Source: Nannocystales bacterium (lineage in GTDB: Bacteria > Myxococcota_A > Polyangia > Nannocystales > Nannocystaceae). From it: DNA of 64,000 bases. How positions within the stretch are numbered: the first letter of the stretch is position 1; each line of letters begins with the position of its first letter. Below, one piece after another: positions 8,855-17,689 of this stretch. The notes below the pieces were generated by a model. It was not told the DNA's origin, did not search any database, and worked only from the letters and a program-made list of their open reading frames with translations. The position numbers were made by a program, and so were the translations under genes. The DNA lies in NCBI GenBank assembly GCA_050633305.1, contig JBOEGF010000001.1, positions 128,001 through 192,000 of the forward strand, read 5' to 3'.

Positions 8855-9846
8855 TGCTTCGTTTGCCGCGATTTGGGGTGCAGAGCCCCGAGACCCTGGA
8901 AGACGCCGTGACTGCCCTGTCCGAGCCTGGTGCTCGCTTGGTGGCCGGCGGAACCGACATCCTTCCCAACCTCAAACACCGCCTCGACCAGCCTCCCGTG
9001 TTGGTGAGCTTGTCCCGAGTTCGCAGCTTGCGCGAGATTTCCGAGCGAGACGGGATGCTTGTCATCGGCGCAGGGGTGACGCTGACCGAGCTGTCCGAGC
9101 ATCCGCGGGTGCAGGAACTCTTCGGCAGTCTCGCGTACGCGGCCGGGGTCATCGCGAGCCCGTTGATCCGCAACATGGGCACGCTCGGCGGCAACGTCAA
9201 CCTCGACACGCGCTGCCGCTACGTCAACCAGACCCACTTCTGGAGGACTGCGATTGGTGGATGCCTCAAGGCCAAGGGCGAGGTCTGCCACGTCGTTCCC
9301 AAGGGGCGGATCTGCGTCGCCGCGATGAGCAGCGACCTGGTTCCGGTGCTGGGAAGCCTGAACGCGACGTTGGTGAACCAGGGGCCGCAGGGACCGCGCG
9401 AGCTCCCGCTGCTCGAGTACTACGGTGCAGACGGGACCAAGCACATCAAGCGTCTCGAGGGAGAAGTGACCCGCGAAGTGCGGGTGCCTGTGCCAACCGG
9501 TGCGACGCGGGCGAGGTATGCGAAGTGGACGGTTCGCAAGAGCATCGACTTCCCACTGGTGTCGGTCGCGGTGCGTTTCGATCTCGGATCCGACTCCGCC
9601 GACGCGGAGGTCACTGGGGTGTCGGTCGTCGTGGGTGTGTTGGGGAGCAAACCACGCGCGCTGACCCGGCTCGATGACGTCGTGGGCATGCGGTTGTCCG
9701 ATCCCGCAGTCGCGGAACTGGTCGCAGAGCGTGCCTACGCTCAGTGCAAGCCACTCGAGAACGTCCCGTACGACGCGCCTTATCGGCGTCAGATGGTCCG
9801 GGTGCACACGCAGCGCGCCGTCGAGGCGATGGTCGCCGAGGGCTGA
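8854..9846 (+). CDS. FAD-binding subunit with [4Fe-4S] insert, 4-hydroxybenzoyl-CoA reductase beta (HcrB)-like
   Basis: TGATG overlap. AGGTD and IRNMGTLGGN FAD motifs. C-x15-C-x7-C-x8-C insert at 9214-9315. Confidence 0.85.
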   Translation: MLRLPRFGVQSPETLEDAVTALSEPGARLVAGGTDILPNLKHRLDQPPVLVSLSRVRSLREISERDGMLVIGAGVTLTELSEHPRVQELFGSLAYAAGVIASPLIRNMGTLGGNVNLDTRCRYVNQTHFWRTAIGGCLKAKGEVCHVVPKGRICVAAMSSDLVPVLGSLNATLVNQGPQGPRELPLLEYYGADGTKHIKRLEGEVTREVRVPVPTGATRARYAKWTVRKSIDFPLVSVAVRFDLGSDSADAEVTGVSVVVGVLGSKPRALTRLDDVVGMRLSDPAVAELVAERAYAQCKPLENVPYDAPYRRQMVRVHTQRAVEAMVAEG

Positions 9847-9892
9847 GAGCAGCGGGTCGGGGAGGACGGGCAGCGACAGGGCAGTCGCCGCC

Positions 9893-10858
9893 TCAGTCCT
9901 CACCCAGCGTCAGCTTGGCATCCAGCCCATACGGTGCCAGTTCGTCAGCCACGTACGCCGACTCCGGCCGCGGCTCCAACACGGTCTTCCAGGATTGCTT
10001 GGCATCGGCCAGCACCACGCGCTCGAACCCGAGTTCGGTCAGTTCGTCCTTGAGCGTTTGGGTGACGATCGTCTTCGCAAGGGCTTCGTCGATGCCCCCG
10101 CTTCCCACCCGGATGCGTTGGTGGTTGTCGCCGGTCAGGGCGATCGACACGTTGATGTCGTGCGCATCCCGGAGGCGTTTCTTCAGGGGTTGCTCGAATG
10201 CCTCGCGACCTGCGACGCGGTCGCGATGGACGTTGTACGCCGTCGCCCAGCGAACCTGTTTTCGGCATCCCTCCAGCTTGCGCGCGACCGCCTTCACCCG
10301 TGCAGATTGGGCGTCCGCAGGAATGCTGGCGACGCCGGCCCAGGCCTGACCCACGGCTTTGGCGTCCTTGCAGTTCTTCTGGCTCTCGTAGACCGTGCGC
10401 GCCGAACGAAGGCGCTTTCGGATCGCGGTTTGACGCTCCGCCTTGGGGCTCGGCAGAGGCTGGAGTGACTCGAGCGCCGAGCCTCGGGCCGGTGCCGGTT
10501 CCACTTCGGGAGCGGCTTCGGCCCCGTTGGGCGGAGCGAGGGCGGGGTCGGCCTCAAGTCCGCCTGCATCGGCCTCGTCCGCGGGGGTTGGGGAGGCGGA
10601 GACCGCCGCAGGCACAGCGGCGCTCGGCGAGGCGTCCGAGGCCTCCGTGGACCCCTGGGCAACCTGCTGCAGTGTCCCCATCGCGGCGCAGGCGAGGAAT
10701 GCCGTCGCGGCGACGCCCGCCATCATGACCGAGCCGGTCCGCGAACGAATGGCCATGCGTCGGGAATTGATGACGATGAGCGACACGCCGAATACGGCGG
10801 TGCTGCCAAGCATGCCAACGCCCCAGGGGTCCTGGCTGGGAATCCAAGCCATCGGCAC
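9893..10858 (-). CDS. Hypothetical membrane-anchored protein
   Basis: Two N-terminal hydrophobic segments, an A/P/E-rich linker and a helical C-terminal domain; 2 nt downstream of the upstream lipoprotein gene. Confidence 0.6.
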   Translation of the reverse strand: MPMAWIPSQDPWGVGMLGSTAVFGVSLIVINSRRMAIRSRTGSVMMAGVAATAFLACAAMGTLQQVAQGSTEASDASPSAAVPAAVSASPTPADEADAGGLEADPALAPPNGAEAAPEVEPAPARGSALESLQPLPSPKAERQTAIRKRLRSARTVYESQKNCKDAKAVGQAWAGVASIPADAQSARVKAVARKLEGCRKQVRWATAYNVHRDRVAGREAFEQPLKKRLRDAHDINVSIALTGDNHQRIRVGSGGIDEALAKTIVTQTLKDELTELGFERVVLADAKQSWKTVLEPRPESAYVADELAPYGLDAKLTLGED

Positions 10859-10860
10859 GC

Positions 10861-11280
10861 TCAGCTGCTGCAGTACGTGTTGACTTCAGCGACCAAGGCT
10901 TCCTCGGTCTTGCGGATGTCGTTCCCCTTCGTCGAAACAGCCTGGAACTTCGCGGGGTCGGTGGTCGCAGCCTTGGTTTCGGCCCCCAGCGTCTTGGCGT
11001 CGCCCAGGAGTGTTTCGTATCGCTTGGCGAAGGCCGAGACCTTCTCGTCACCCAGTTCGAGTGCCTTGACCTCATCGATGGCACCTTGGACCACTGCTTC
11101 GTACTCTTCGACGACGGCTGGGTTGGTCGCGATTTCGGCGAACTTTCCCGTGGCCGCGGTCATCTTCGGGGTGTGGGAGTTGATCGTATCGATCAGCGAG
11201 TTGCACTGCTTGACCTTGTCGCAGCCAGGGAGGGCGACGGTGCAAAGCAGGGTGAAGAGGGCGGCGCTTCGAAGCTGCAT
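10861..11280 (-). CDS. Hypothetical helical lipoprotein
   Basis: Signal peptide with lipobox LPGC; amphipathic helices; a Cys near each end. Confidence 0.7.
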   Translation of the reverse strand: MQLRSAALFTLLCTVALPGCDKVKQCNSLIDTINSHTPKMTAATGKFAEIATNPAVVEEYEAVVQGAIDEVKALELGDEKVSAFAKRYETLLGDAKTLGAETKAATTDPAKFQAVSTKGNDIRKTEEALVAEVNTYCSS

Positions 11281-11324
11281 GGGTCGGACACAGGGTACGA
11301 CGATCCGCGAGCCCTGTGGAGGGC

Positions 11325-13412
11325 TCAGTCCGAGACGATCTCGTAGCAGGCGAACGCTGCGCTCTCGTTCGCGGGCAGGGAGGTCCCCAGCGTGGCCCCA
11401 ACGGCCGGAGTCCCTCGGTACTCCATGATGTATGTGCCGCTGGTCAGCGGTCGCGTGAAGTCGACGGCGTTGGTATCCCCGATGAACACGCGGTCGTCGG
11501 TTTCGACATCGCGGAGAAAGAGGGTGCCGATGCCCTCGGCGGTCTTCGGCCTGGATCCTTCGATGCCAACACTCCCAACCATGGTCGTGACGGGAACGTC
11601 GATGTTGAGCGCATCGCCACCGGTGACCTCGACCCCGGCGGAGAGAACGGCGCCTTGGTTGACGGGGAGCAGGGTGTCGCTGAACTCGTTGGAGTAGACG
11701 ATGTCGTACGTTCCCGGAACGAGACGCGCGGCGTAGTTGCCCTCGCGCGTGTTGCCCAGGAGAACGGAATCTCCGGACTCTGGGTCGCGCAGGAACAGCC
11801 GGCCGTCGTCGTAGGCAGAGTCCGGCGCAGGGACGCCGTCGATGGTCATCGTGCCGACGACTTCGACCACGCCAATGTCGATGTCGAGTTCCTGATCGTC
11901 GCTCACGGTCACCGGTTTTCCCAGCTGAGCATGAGTATTGACGGGCATGGTCTGACTGGCGGTTTCCTGGGAGTAGTACACGCTGTACGTACCGTCGAGA
12001 ATACGGCGCTCGTAGGTGCCGAAGCGAGTGTTGCCCAAGACGACCGGATCCCCGCTGGGCCCCTCCAAGGTGACGATCCCGTCGTCAAAGTCGGCGGAGG
12101 GGGGGGCTGACGTGTTCACGGAAAACTCGCCACGAACGACGGAAGTCTGAAGGTCGAGCGAGATGTCGTTGTCGCCGCTGACGATGTCGAGCGTCTGCAC
12201 CACGACGTTCTGATTGACCGGGGTGAGCGCTCCGAACTCCCGCGCGGAATAGACGACCTCGTATCTGCCCGGAAGGATGGTGAGCTCGTACGACTCGTCG
12301 TTGCTATCACCGAGACGGAAGGTATCGCCGGTCGTGGTGTCTCGCAGCTCGAGCTGGCCGTAGTCGAGACCGCTGCCGACAAACTGGCCGTCCACGCGGA
12401 CGGACCCGTGGAGGCGTGCGACGGGGATGACGATGTCTCGGACCGCATCGGCGGGATCGAAGACCTCCAGGTCCTGGACAAATCCATCGGCGTTGATCGG
12501 CGCTTCGCCATCCGACTCCCGGTATTCGTAGTGGATCTCGTAGGCGCCCGGAACAACAAGGGTGTCGTATGTGTCGTCCTTGGTCGTCCCCAGCAGGATG
12601 CGGTCGTCTGTTCTCGGGTCGACGAGCCACAGTTGGCCGTAGTTGAGTCCTGGGGACGCCGGGGCGCTGCCCTCGGGGAACGAGATCGCGCCACGAACCA
12701 CGAGCGGCGCGACGTCGACGTCGACGATCGCGTTGTCCTCTCGGACCTCGATCTGTTTGAGGACGGCTGAGCGGTTGAGGGGGAAGTCGTCTCCCTCGCG
12801 GAATTCGTAGAGGACGTCGTAGACCCCCGGGACCATGAGGAGTGTTGCCGACGCGTTGGTACGCCCGACGGTGACGAGATCCCCGGACGCGCGGTTGCGC
12901 AGGGTGATTCGACCGAAGTGGAGGCCCGAGCTCGGGGCGTCCTGGCCGTTGAGGGTGAAGTTGAACTGCGCCCTCACGGCGGGGACGTTCGCGGGGAGCA
13001 TGCCCGCTTGCACGGGTTCGCACGGGAGGCAGTCGAGCCCGGTGGAAGCGAACCCCGAGTCGCACACGCAAACCGGTCCTTCCGCGTCCAGTTCGCAATA
13101 GCCAGCGCCGCTGCACCCGAGTGCATCACAGGTGTCTTCCGATGTGCCGGAGTCCTCTCCGCCTGTGCTCCCGCCGCTGCCGGTGGGGTCACCCGAGGTG
13201 TCGGGGGAGGTGGGGCCGTCGGTATCGCCGCCCCCTTCGTCTGTGTCATCGGCATCCGAACCGTCGTCGGTGTCTACGCCGTTTCCCGTGGAATCGGTTG
13301 CTGTCTCGGAGTCGCCTGAGGCGAGGTCGAGGCCACACCCTGGGCCGCTCGCAACCGCGCCGAGTACCCCGATCATCCACAGCACCGAGTAGCCACGACG
13401 CAAGCAAACCAT
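11325..13412 (-). CDS. Lipoprotein with EGF-like domain and six tandem ~90-95 aa beta-rich repeats
   Basis: Lipobox GPGC and a D/S/T/G linker. EGF-like CDALGC...YC...VCVCDSGF...C. Six units share G..L.(D)...GD...LG....Y...L.PG.Y...Y.....P.N. Confidence 0.75.
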   Translation of the reverse strand: MVCLRRGYSVLWMIGVLGAVASGPGCGLDLASGDSETATDSTGNGVDTDDGSDADDTDEGGGDTDGPTSPDTSGDPTGSGGSTGGEDSGTSEDTCDALGCSGAGYCELDAEGPVCVCDSGFASTGLDCLPCEPVQAGMLPANVPAVRAQFNFTLNGQDAPSSGLHFGRITLRNRASGDLVTVGRTNASATLLMVPGVYDVLYEFREGDDFPLNRSAVLKQIEVREDNAIVDVDVAPLVVRGAISFPEGSAPASPGLNYGQLWLVDPRTDDRILLGTTKDDTYDTLVVPGAYEIHYEYRESDGEAPINADGFVQDLEVFDPADAVRDIVIPVARLHGSVRVDGQFVGSGLDYGQLELRDTTTGDTFRLGDSNDESYELTILPGRYEVVYSAREFGALTPVNQNVVVQTLDIVSGDNDISLDLQTSVVRGEFSVNTSAPPSADFDDGIVTLEGPSGDPVVLGNTRFGTYERRILDGTYSVYYSQETASQTMPVNTHAQLGKPVTVSDDQELDIDIGVVEVVGTMTIDGVPAPDSAYDDGRLFLRDPESGDSVLLGNTREGNYAARLVPGTYDIVYSNEFSDTLLPVNQGAVLSAGVEVTGGDALNIDVPVTTMVGSVGIEGSRPKTAEGIGTLFLRDVETDDRVFIGDTNAVDFTRPLTSGTYIMEYRGTPAVGATLGTSLPANESAAFACYEIVSD

Positions 13413-13492
13413 GGCGCCAGCGTACCACGGGGCCTCTCTTGCGCCAGCGTCGCCCAGCCAATGCCGCCTTCGTCTAGCCGTGTCCGGACGAC

Positions 13493-14815
13493 CTAGGGCG
13501 TTGCAAGTATGATCGCGATGCCACCCTGTGGACCGGCGCTGCCCGTGACCACATCGACGGCGCCATCCAGGTTGAAATCCCCCGTTGCGACGGCGGTAGG
13601 ATCCGACATCGCGGGGAAGGCCTCCTGCGGTCCCAGTCCATCCTCGGCGTCTCCGCGCAACACTCCAACCGCGTTGCCGGCTTGGAGCGCGACAATCATG
13701 TCAGGGGTCCCGTCGCCGTCGATGTCGGCCGCATGAGCATCGCGCGGGTTCGCTGCGATTTGCACGAGGGTCCGGTCTCCCAGGGCACCCGTGCCTCCGC
13801 CCGGCCAGAATCCGGCTGTCGCGGCATCTTGGTGAATCGCCGCGAGGTCGAGGGCGCCATCTCCATTGAAATCGGCGAGGAGTACGTCTCGGGGACCCGC
13901 CTGAGCGGCGTACGAGACCGGCGCATCAAAGGCGTCGCCGAGGCTGAGATAGGTGCTGATGTTCCCGCTTCCGAAGTTTGCGACCGCGAGGTCGTGACCG
14001 CCCGAGGCGTTGAGGTCGGCTGCCGCGAGGCCAAGGGGCGAAGTCCCTGCGGCGAATGACGCCGCCAGCGAAAAGGTGCCGTCGCCATTCGAGAGCGCGA
14101 CACGGATGTCACCGTCGACTTCGTGGGCGACCGCGAGGTCGTCGTTGCCGTCGTCGTCGAAGTCGCCCACCGCAAGTGCGCGGGGCCCGGCGCCGGAGAT
14201 GAAGTCGGGCCCGATGTCGAAATCGCGGTCTTCGGTCGCAAAGAAGACACCGACGCGGTCTGCGATCGGCTCGGCGACGAGCAGGTCGGGCGTGTCGTTT
14301 TCGTCGAGGTTGCCGACTGCCAGGGCGAGAACACTGGTCCCGCCGAGCACCTCGAGCACCTCTTCGAAACCTCCCTCCCCATCTCCGAAACGGACGCTCA
14401 AGCCATCGTCGTGTCCCGCGGCGATATCGAGCCGGCCATCTCCGTCGAAATCGGCGACTGCGAGGGCGGCGGTCGAACGGCCAGCTTCGAGGACCTGATG
14501 TGGACCGAAGCACAGCTCGCCAGCGACAACAACGCCGTCGTCGCAGGTCGCGTCCGCCGTGTCGGTCCCCGTCGGGACTCCAGTGGTCGACTCCGTAAGC
14601 GTCGTCTCGGTGCTCTCCGTCGTGGAACCCGTTGTGCTCACCGCTTCTGTGCTCGACCCTGTGGGTGTTCCTACACTTTCACCCCCGGTTGTAGAAGCTG
14701 CGGTCGAGCCCGAGCCCGAACTCGAGCCCCCGTCGCCGGACCCTCCGTCGTTGCGACACCCTGCACAGAGTGCGGCAACCAGCAGCAAGTTCAATGTCCC
14801 GCGATCCCAAGCCAT
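13493..14815 (-). CDS. FG-GAP/VCBS repeat beta-propeller lipoprotein
   Basis: Lipobox CAGC and a S/T linker. Seven repeats of the ADFDGDGRLDIAA / GDFDDDGNDDLAVA type. Confidence 0.85.
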   Translation of the reverse strand: MAWDRGTLNLLLVAALCAGCRNDGGSGDGGSSSGSGSTAASTTGGESVGTPTGSSTEAVSTTGSTTESTETTLTESTTGVPTGTDTADATCDDGVVVAGELCFGPHQVLEAGRSTAALAVADFDGDGRLDIAAGHDDGLSVRFGDGEGGFEEVLEVLGGTSVLALAVGNLDENDTPDLLVAEPIADRVGVFFATEDRDFDIGPDFISGAGPRALAVGDFDDDGNDDLAVAHEVDGDIRVALSNGDGTFSLAASFAAGTSPLGLAAADLNASGGHDLAVANFGSGNISTYLSLGDAFDAPVSYAAQAGPRDVLLADFNGDGALDLAAIHQDAATAGFWPGGGTGALGDRTLVQIAANPRDAHAADIDGDGTPDMIVALQAGNAVGVLRGDAEDGLGPQEAFPAMSDPTAVATGDFNLDGAVDVVTGSAGPQGGIAIILATP

Positions 14816-14906
14816 ATCCGAAACAGTACCCAACCCTACGCAGGGCGCAAAGCCACGGAGGTTGTTGGGTTCTCGATGGCGTGACTGCTATCGTCTGCGA
14901 GTCCGC

Positions 14907-16142
14907 ATGGTCATGATCCCACGCCGATCGCCGAAACGCTCCGCCGCCGCGCGGGCCCTGCTGGGTCCGGGACTGGCAGGTTTGATGTTTTCTGGCTGCT
15001 TCTTGGGGGACGCCGCCGATGGGCTGCCCTGCGAGCAAGATGAGGACTGTGGCATCGGGGTGTCCTGCCTCGCGGACTCGAGCGACTCGAACGTCAAGTG
15101 TTGCGGTGGCTCGTGCCTGGCTCCGGGCTCGGGTACAGGGGTGGTACCGACGACGAGCTCCGAAGTCGGAACGTCCTCGGGCACGACGGCAAGCGAAACA
15201 ACCGGCGTTGACGACCTTTGCGGGAACGGAGTGTTCGACGAGGACATGGGCGAGTTGTGCGACGCTTCGGCCCCCGATGGACCACCGTGCGGCGCAGGTT
15301 GCTCCTTATGCGGGAACGACAACCTCGACGCCGGCGAGGGCTGCGACAACGCCGGGAACCCCAATTGCGGGATGGACTGCCAGTACGTCTCGCTGTGCGG
15401 GAATGGGTCGCTCGACGCCGGGGAGGTCTGCGATGTCTGGGGTCTTCCACCGGGCGAGGAATGCGATTCCTGTACGGAGTGGACCGCCTTTCGTTGGGTC
15501 GCGGACGGGTCCCCCGCGGGGTTCTGCGAGAATGAGGACGACGACTGTACGCGCTGGGCACGGGATGAGTTCACCGGCGTGTGGGGCAGTGGCGAGTACT
15601 TCCACAACGGAGATGCATGGGCCGGCCCCGCGGTGTGGCCGGAAGCGATCCTGCGAAGTGGGAGGATCCCGTTCCCGTCCCTGGAGGCGGGCGATGTCGT
15701 TCGTGTCGAGCTCGGCCACGCACACTCGTTGAATTTCGAGGAACCAGGCAACGGAGCCGACCGTTTCGTTGACTACGTCGAGCTTGCGTTGGAGCCTGCC
15801 GCGGAGGACGCCGACGACTTCTGGGACTTCCCACTGGGCGACGTTCTGATCGCGTGTGTGGACGGGAAGAACGACACGATCATCGGTGCGGGGTGCACCA
15901 CCGCGACGGAAGAGGACTACTGCGAGCCGGGGCTCCGGCGCGGAGCCGGTGTGCTTTCCGCGGAAGGCGGCGTTCCCACGTACACGTACTCCGTCCCCGA
16001 GGGAGGAAGCGATGCTGGGGCGCGTAGGCTCCGGTTCGGTCTGCGCTACGACTGCGTGAACCTGGCGAACGGGAATCTAGAGCGACCGCCGGCCGACGCG
16101 TGGACGATCTCCTCGGTCACGGTGACTGTCTCCAAGCGGTGA
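14907..16142 (+). CDS. Myxococcus Cys-rich repeat (DUF4215-like) lipoprotein
   Basis: Lipobox FSGC. Three CGN(G/D)..D.GE.CD repeats, followed by a C-terminal beta-rich domain. Confidence 0.75.
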   Translation: MVMIPRRSPKRSAAARALLGPGLAGLMFSGCFLGDAADGLPCEQDEDCGIGVSCLADSSDSNVKCCGGSCLAPGSGTGVVPTTSSEVGTSSGTTASETTGVDDLCGNGVFDEDMGELCDASAPDGPPCGAGCSLCGNDNLDAGEGCDNAGNPNCGMDCQYVSLCGNGSLDAGEVCDVWGLPPGEECDSCTEWTAFRWVADGSPAGFCENEDDDCTRWARDEFTGVWGSGEYFHNGDAWAGPAVWPEAILRSGRIPFPSLEAGDVVRVELGHAHSLNFEEPGNGADRFVDYVELALEPAAEDADDFWDFPLGDVLIACVDGKNDTIIGAGCTTATEEDYCEPGLRRGAGVLSAEGGVPTYTYSVPEGGSDAGARRLRFGLRYDCVNLANGNLERPPADAWTISSVTVTVSKR

Positions 16143-16199
16143 AGCACTGGGCCCCGAAAACGAAGTCCGACTGCGGCGAGCGTTGTCGGCGGACAGCGG

Positions 16200-17075
16200 C
16201 TAAAAGCGGCCGCCGACGCTCATCCCCGCCGTTCCTCGGCCGCCCCAGGGCGTAACCGCCATGGTCCCCGCGCTGCGCTTCTTGAGCCCAATCCCCAGCA
16301 GCACGGCCCCGGTCACGAGGAAAACGCCGCCCGCGGCCCCGCCCACATACGCGAGGGTGTTCCCCAGCCGCCCGCGGTCGAACTGCTCTCGGCGGTCCTC
16401 GAGGGAAACATCGTCGCCGAGCTCGTTGGCGGAGCTGCCCATCGACAGGCCTCCGGCCATCAATCCAAGGCCGACCACTCCGACCCCTGCGGTCACGGCA
16501 CCGGCGATGATGAGCGGCTTGGCTCGTGGGTCCGGCTTGAACGTCGGCTCGATGTCGGGATGCTCGGGCTGCGGTTCGGTGGGTGCCACCTCGGACCCTG
16601 ACTCAGCTTCTTCGATCCGCTGGCGAAGCTCGGCCATCCGTTTGTCGATCTTATCGAGTTCGACCTGCGCCTCGTCCTCGTCGCCGTACAAGGCGGGCAC
16701 GCTCCGCGCGTAGGTCTCCATCAGTACGGCGGCCTGGCGCAGGTGTGTGATGTCGGTATCGATATCGTAGGCCTTCTCTTGCGCCGCGGCGATGTTGTAG
16801 ATGAGTGCGGCCTTGATCGCGGCGTTCTCGGGAACGTCCTGGATCAGCCCGTACGCTTCTTCCCACAGGTCGATGGCTTCGAGGTAGTTGGCCGTTTCGA
16901 AGCTGCTGCGGCCACGCTTGTAGAGGACCTCGGCCTCTCGAAGAGCACCCGAGTCCTCCGGTGCGGCCACATCCGGATCGACTCCGTCGGGGGCTGCTGG
17001 TTGCGCGAGGGCCACGGTGGGCACAGCCAGGCTCACGACACAGCACAGCGCAATCGGACGTAGCAACGGCATCAC
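16200..17075 (-). CDS. TPR-like secreted/membrane protein with C-terminal hydrophobic segments
   Basis: Signal peptide (ALA-Q); TPR-like AEVLYKRG...AIDLWEEAY...LIYNIA; two Gly-rich TM segments; ends in GGRF. Start could be 17078, 17075 or 17072. Confidence 0.7.
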   Translation of the reverse strand: MMPLLRPIALCCVVSLAVPTVALAQPAAPDGVDPDVAAPEDSGALREAEVLYKRGRSSFETANYLEAIDLWEEAYGLIQDVPENAAIKAALIYNIAAAQEKAYDIDTDITHLRQAAVLMETYARSVPALYGDEDEAQVELDKIDKRMAELRQRIEEAESGSEVAPTEPQPEHPDIEPTFKPDPRAKPLIIAGAVTAGVGVVGLGLMAGGLSMGSSANELGDDVSLEDRREQFDRGRLGNTLAYVGGAAGGVFLVTGAVLLGIGLKKRSAGTMAVTPWGGRGTAGMSVGGRF

Positions 17076-17131
17076 CAAGGAGATCGTAGCCGAGTGCGCA
17101 CGGTTTCACCACGGGCTGCTACGGTCGGCCG

Positions 17132-17623
17132 GTGCGACGATGGGGACACTTGTTCTTGGCCGCCGGAATGCTTGCAGCGGTCGCGAGCTGCGATGGCCTC
17201 GACGCGGATGGGGCGACGGACGGGGCCACCGGGGTGGTGGCGACACCGGGGACGGTCCTGTTGCTCGTCGATGTGAACCCCGAGCCCTTCTGCAACACGG
17301 TCGGCGTCACCGGGGTCCAGCTCGTCGCCCGGCGCATCGGGTGTGAGGCGGCTCCGCCAGCGCCGTGCACCCTCCCCGCGGAACCCGAGACCATCGAGGG
17401 GGATATGTTCACCTGTCCCAACACCGATCCCTCGACACTCTTGGGCGTTGAGGTGGGGCAGGGGGGACGGTACGTGGTTCAGACCGTGACCGAGTTCACG
17501 ACCGGCGAATCTGAGGTTCGGTGCAACGCCCAGGGCGGGGATCCCGAGATCGTGGTGTTGGCGTCCGAGGTCGAGGCGGGTGCCCTGCGGATGCTCGATG
17601 ACGCCGACGTCCCGTGTCCGTAA
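17132..17623 (+). CDS. Hypothetical Cys-rich lipoprotein
   Basis: Lipobox VASC and six further Cys. TACGGT box 6 nt before the GTG. Confidence 0.7.
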   Translation: MRRWGHLFLAAGMLAAVASCDGLDADGATDGATGVVATPGTVLLLVDVNPEPFCNTVGVTGVQLVARRIGCEAAPPAPCTLPAEPETIEGDMFTCPNTDPSTLLGVEVGQGGRYVVQTVTEFTTGESEVRCNAQGGDPEIVVLASEVEAGALRMLDDADVPCP

Positions 17624-17689
17624 TCGTCCCTGCGGGTCTCGGGCGTTTGGGCGTTGGCAACCGCGGCAATCCAAACTAGCGTGCCGGCC

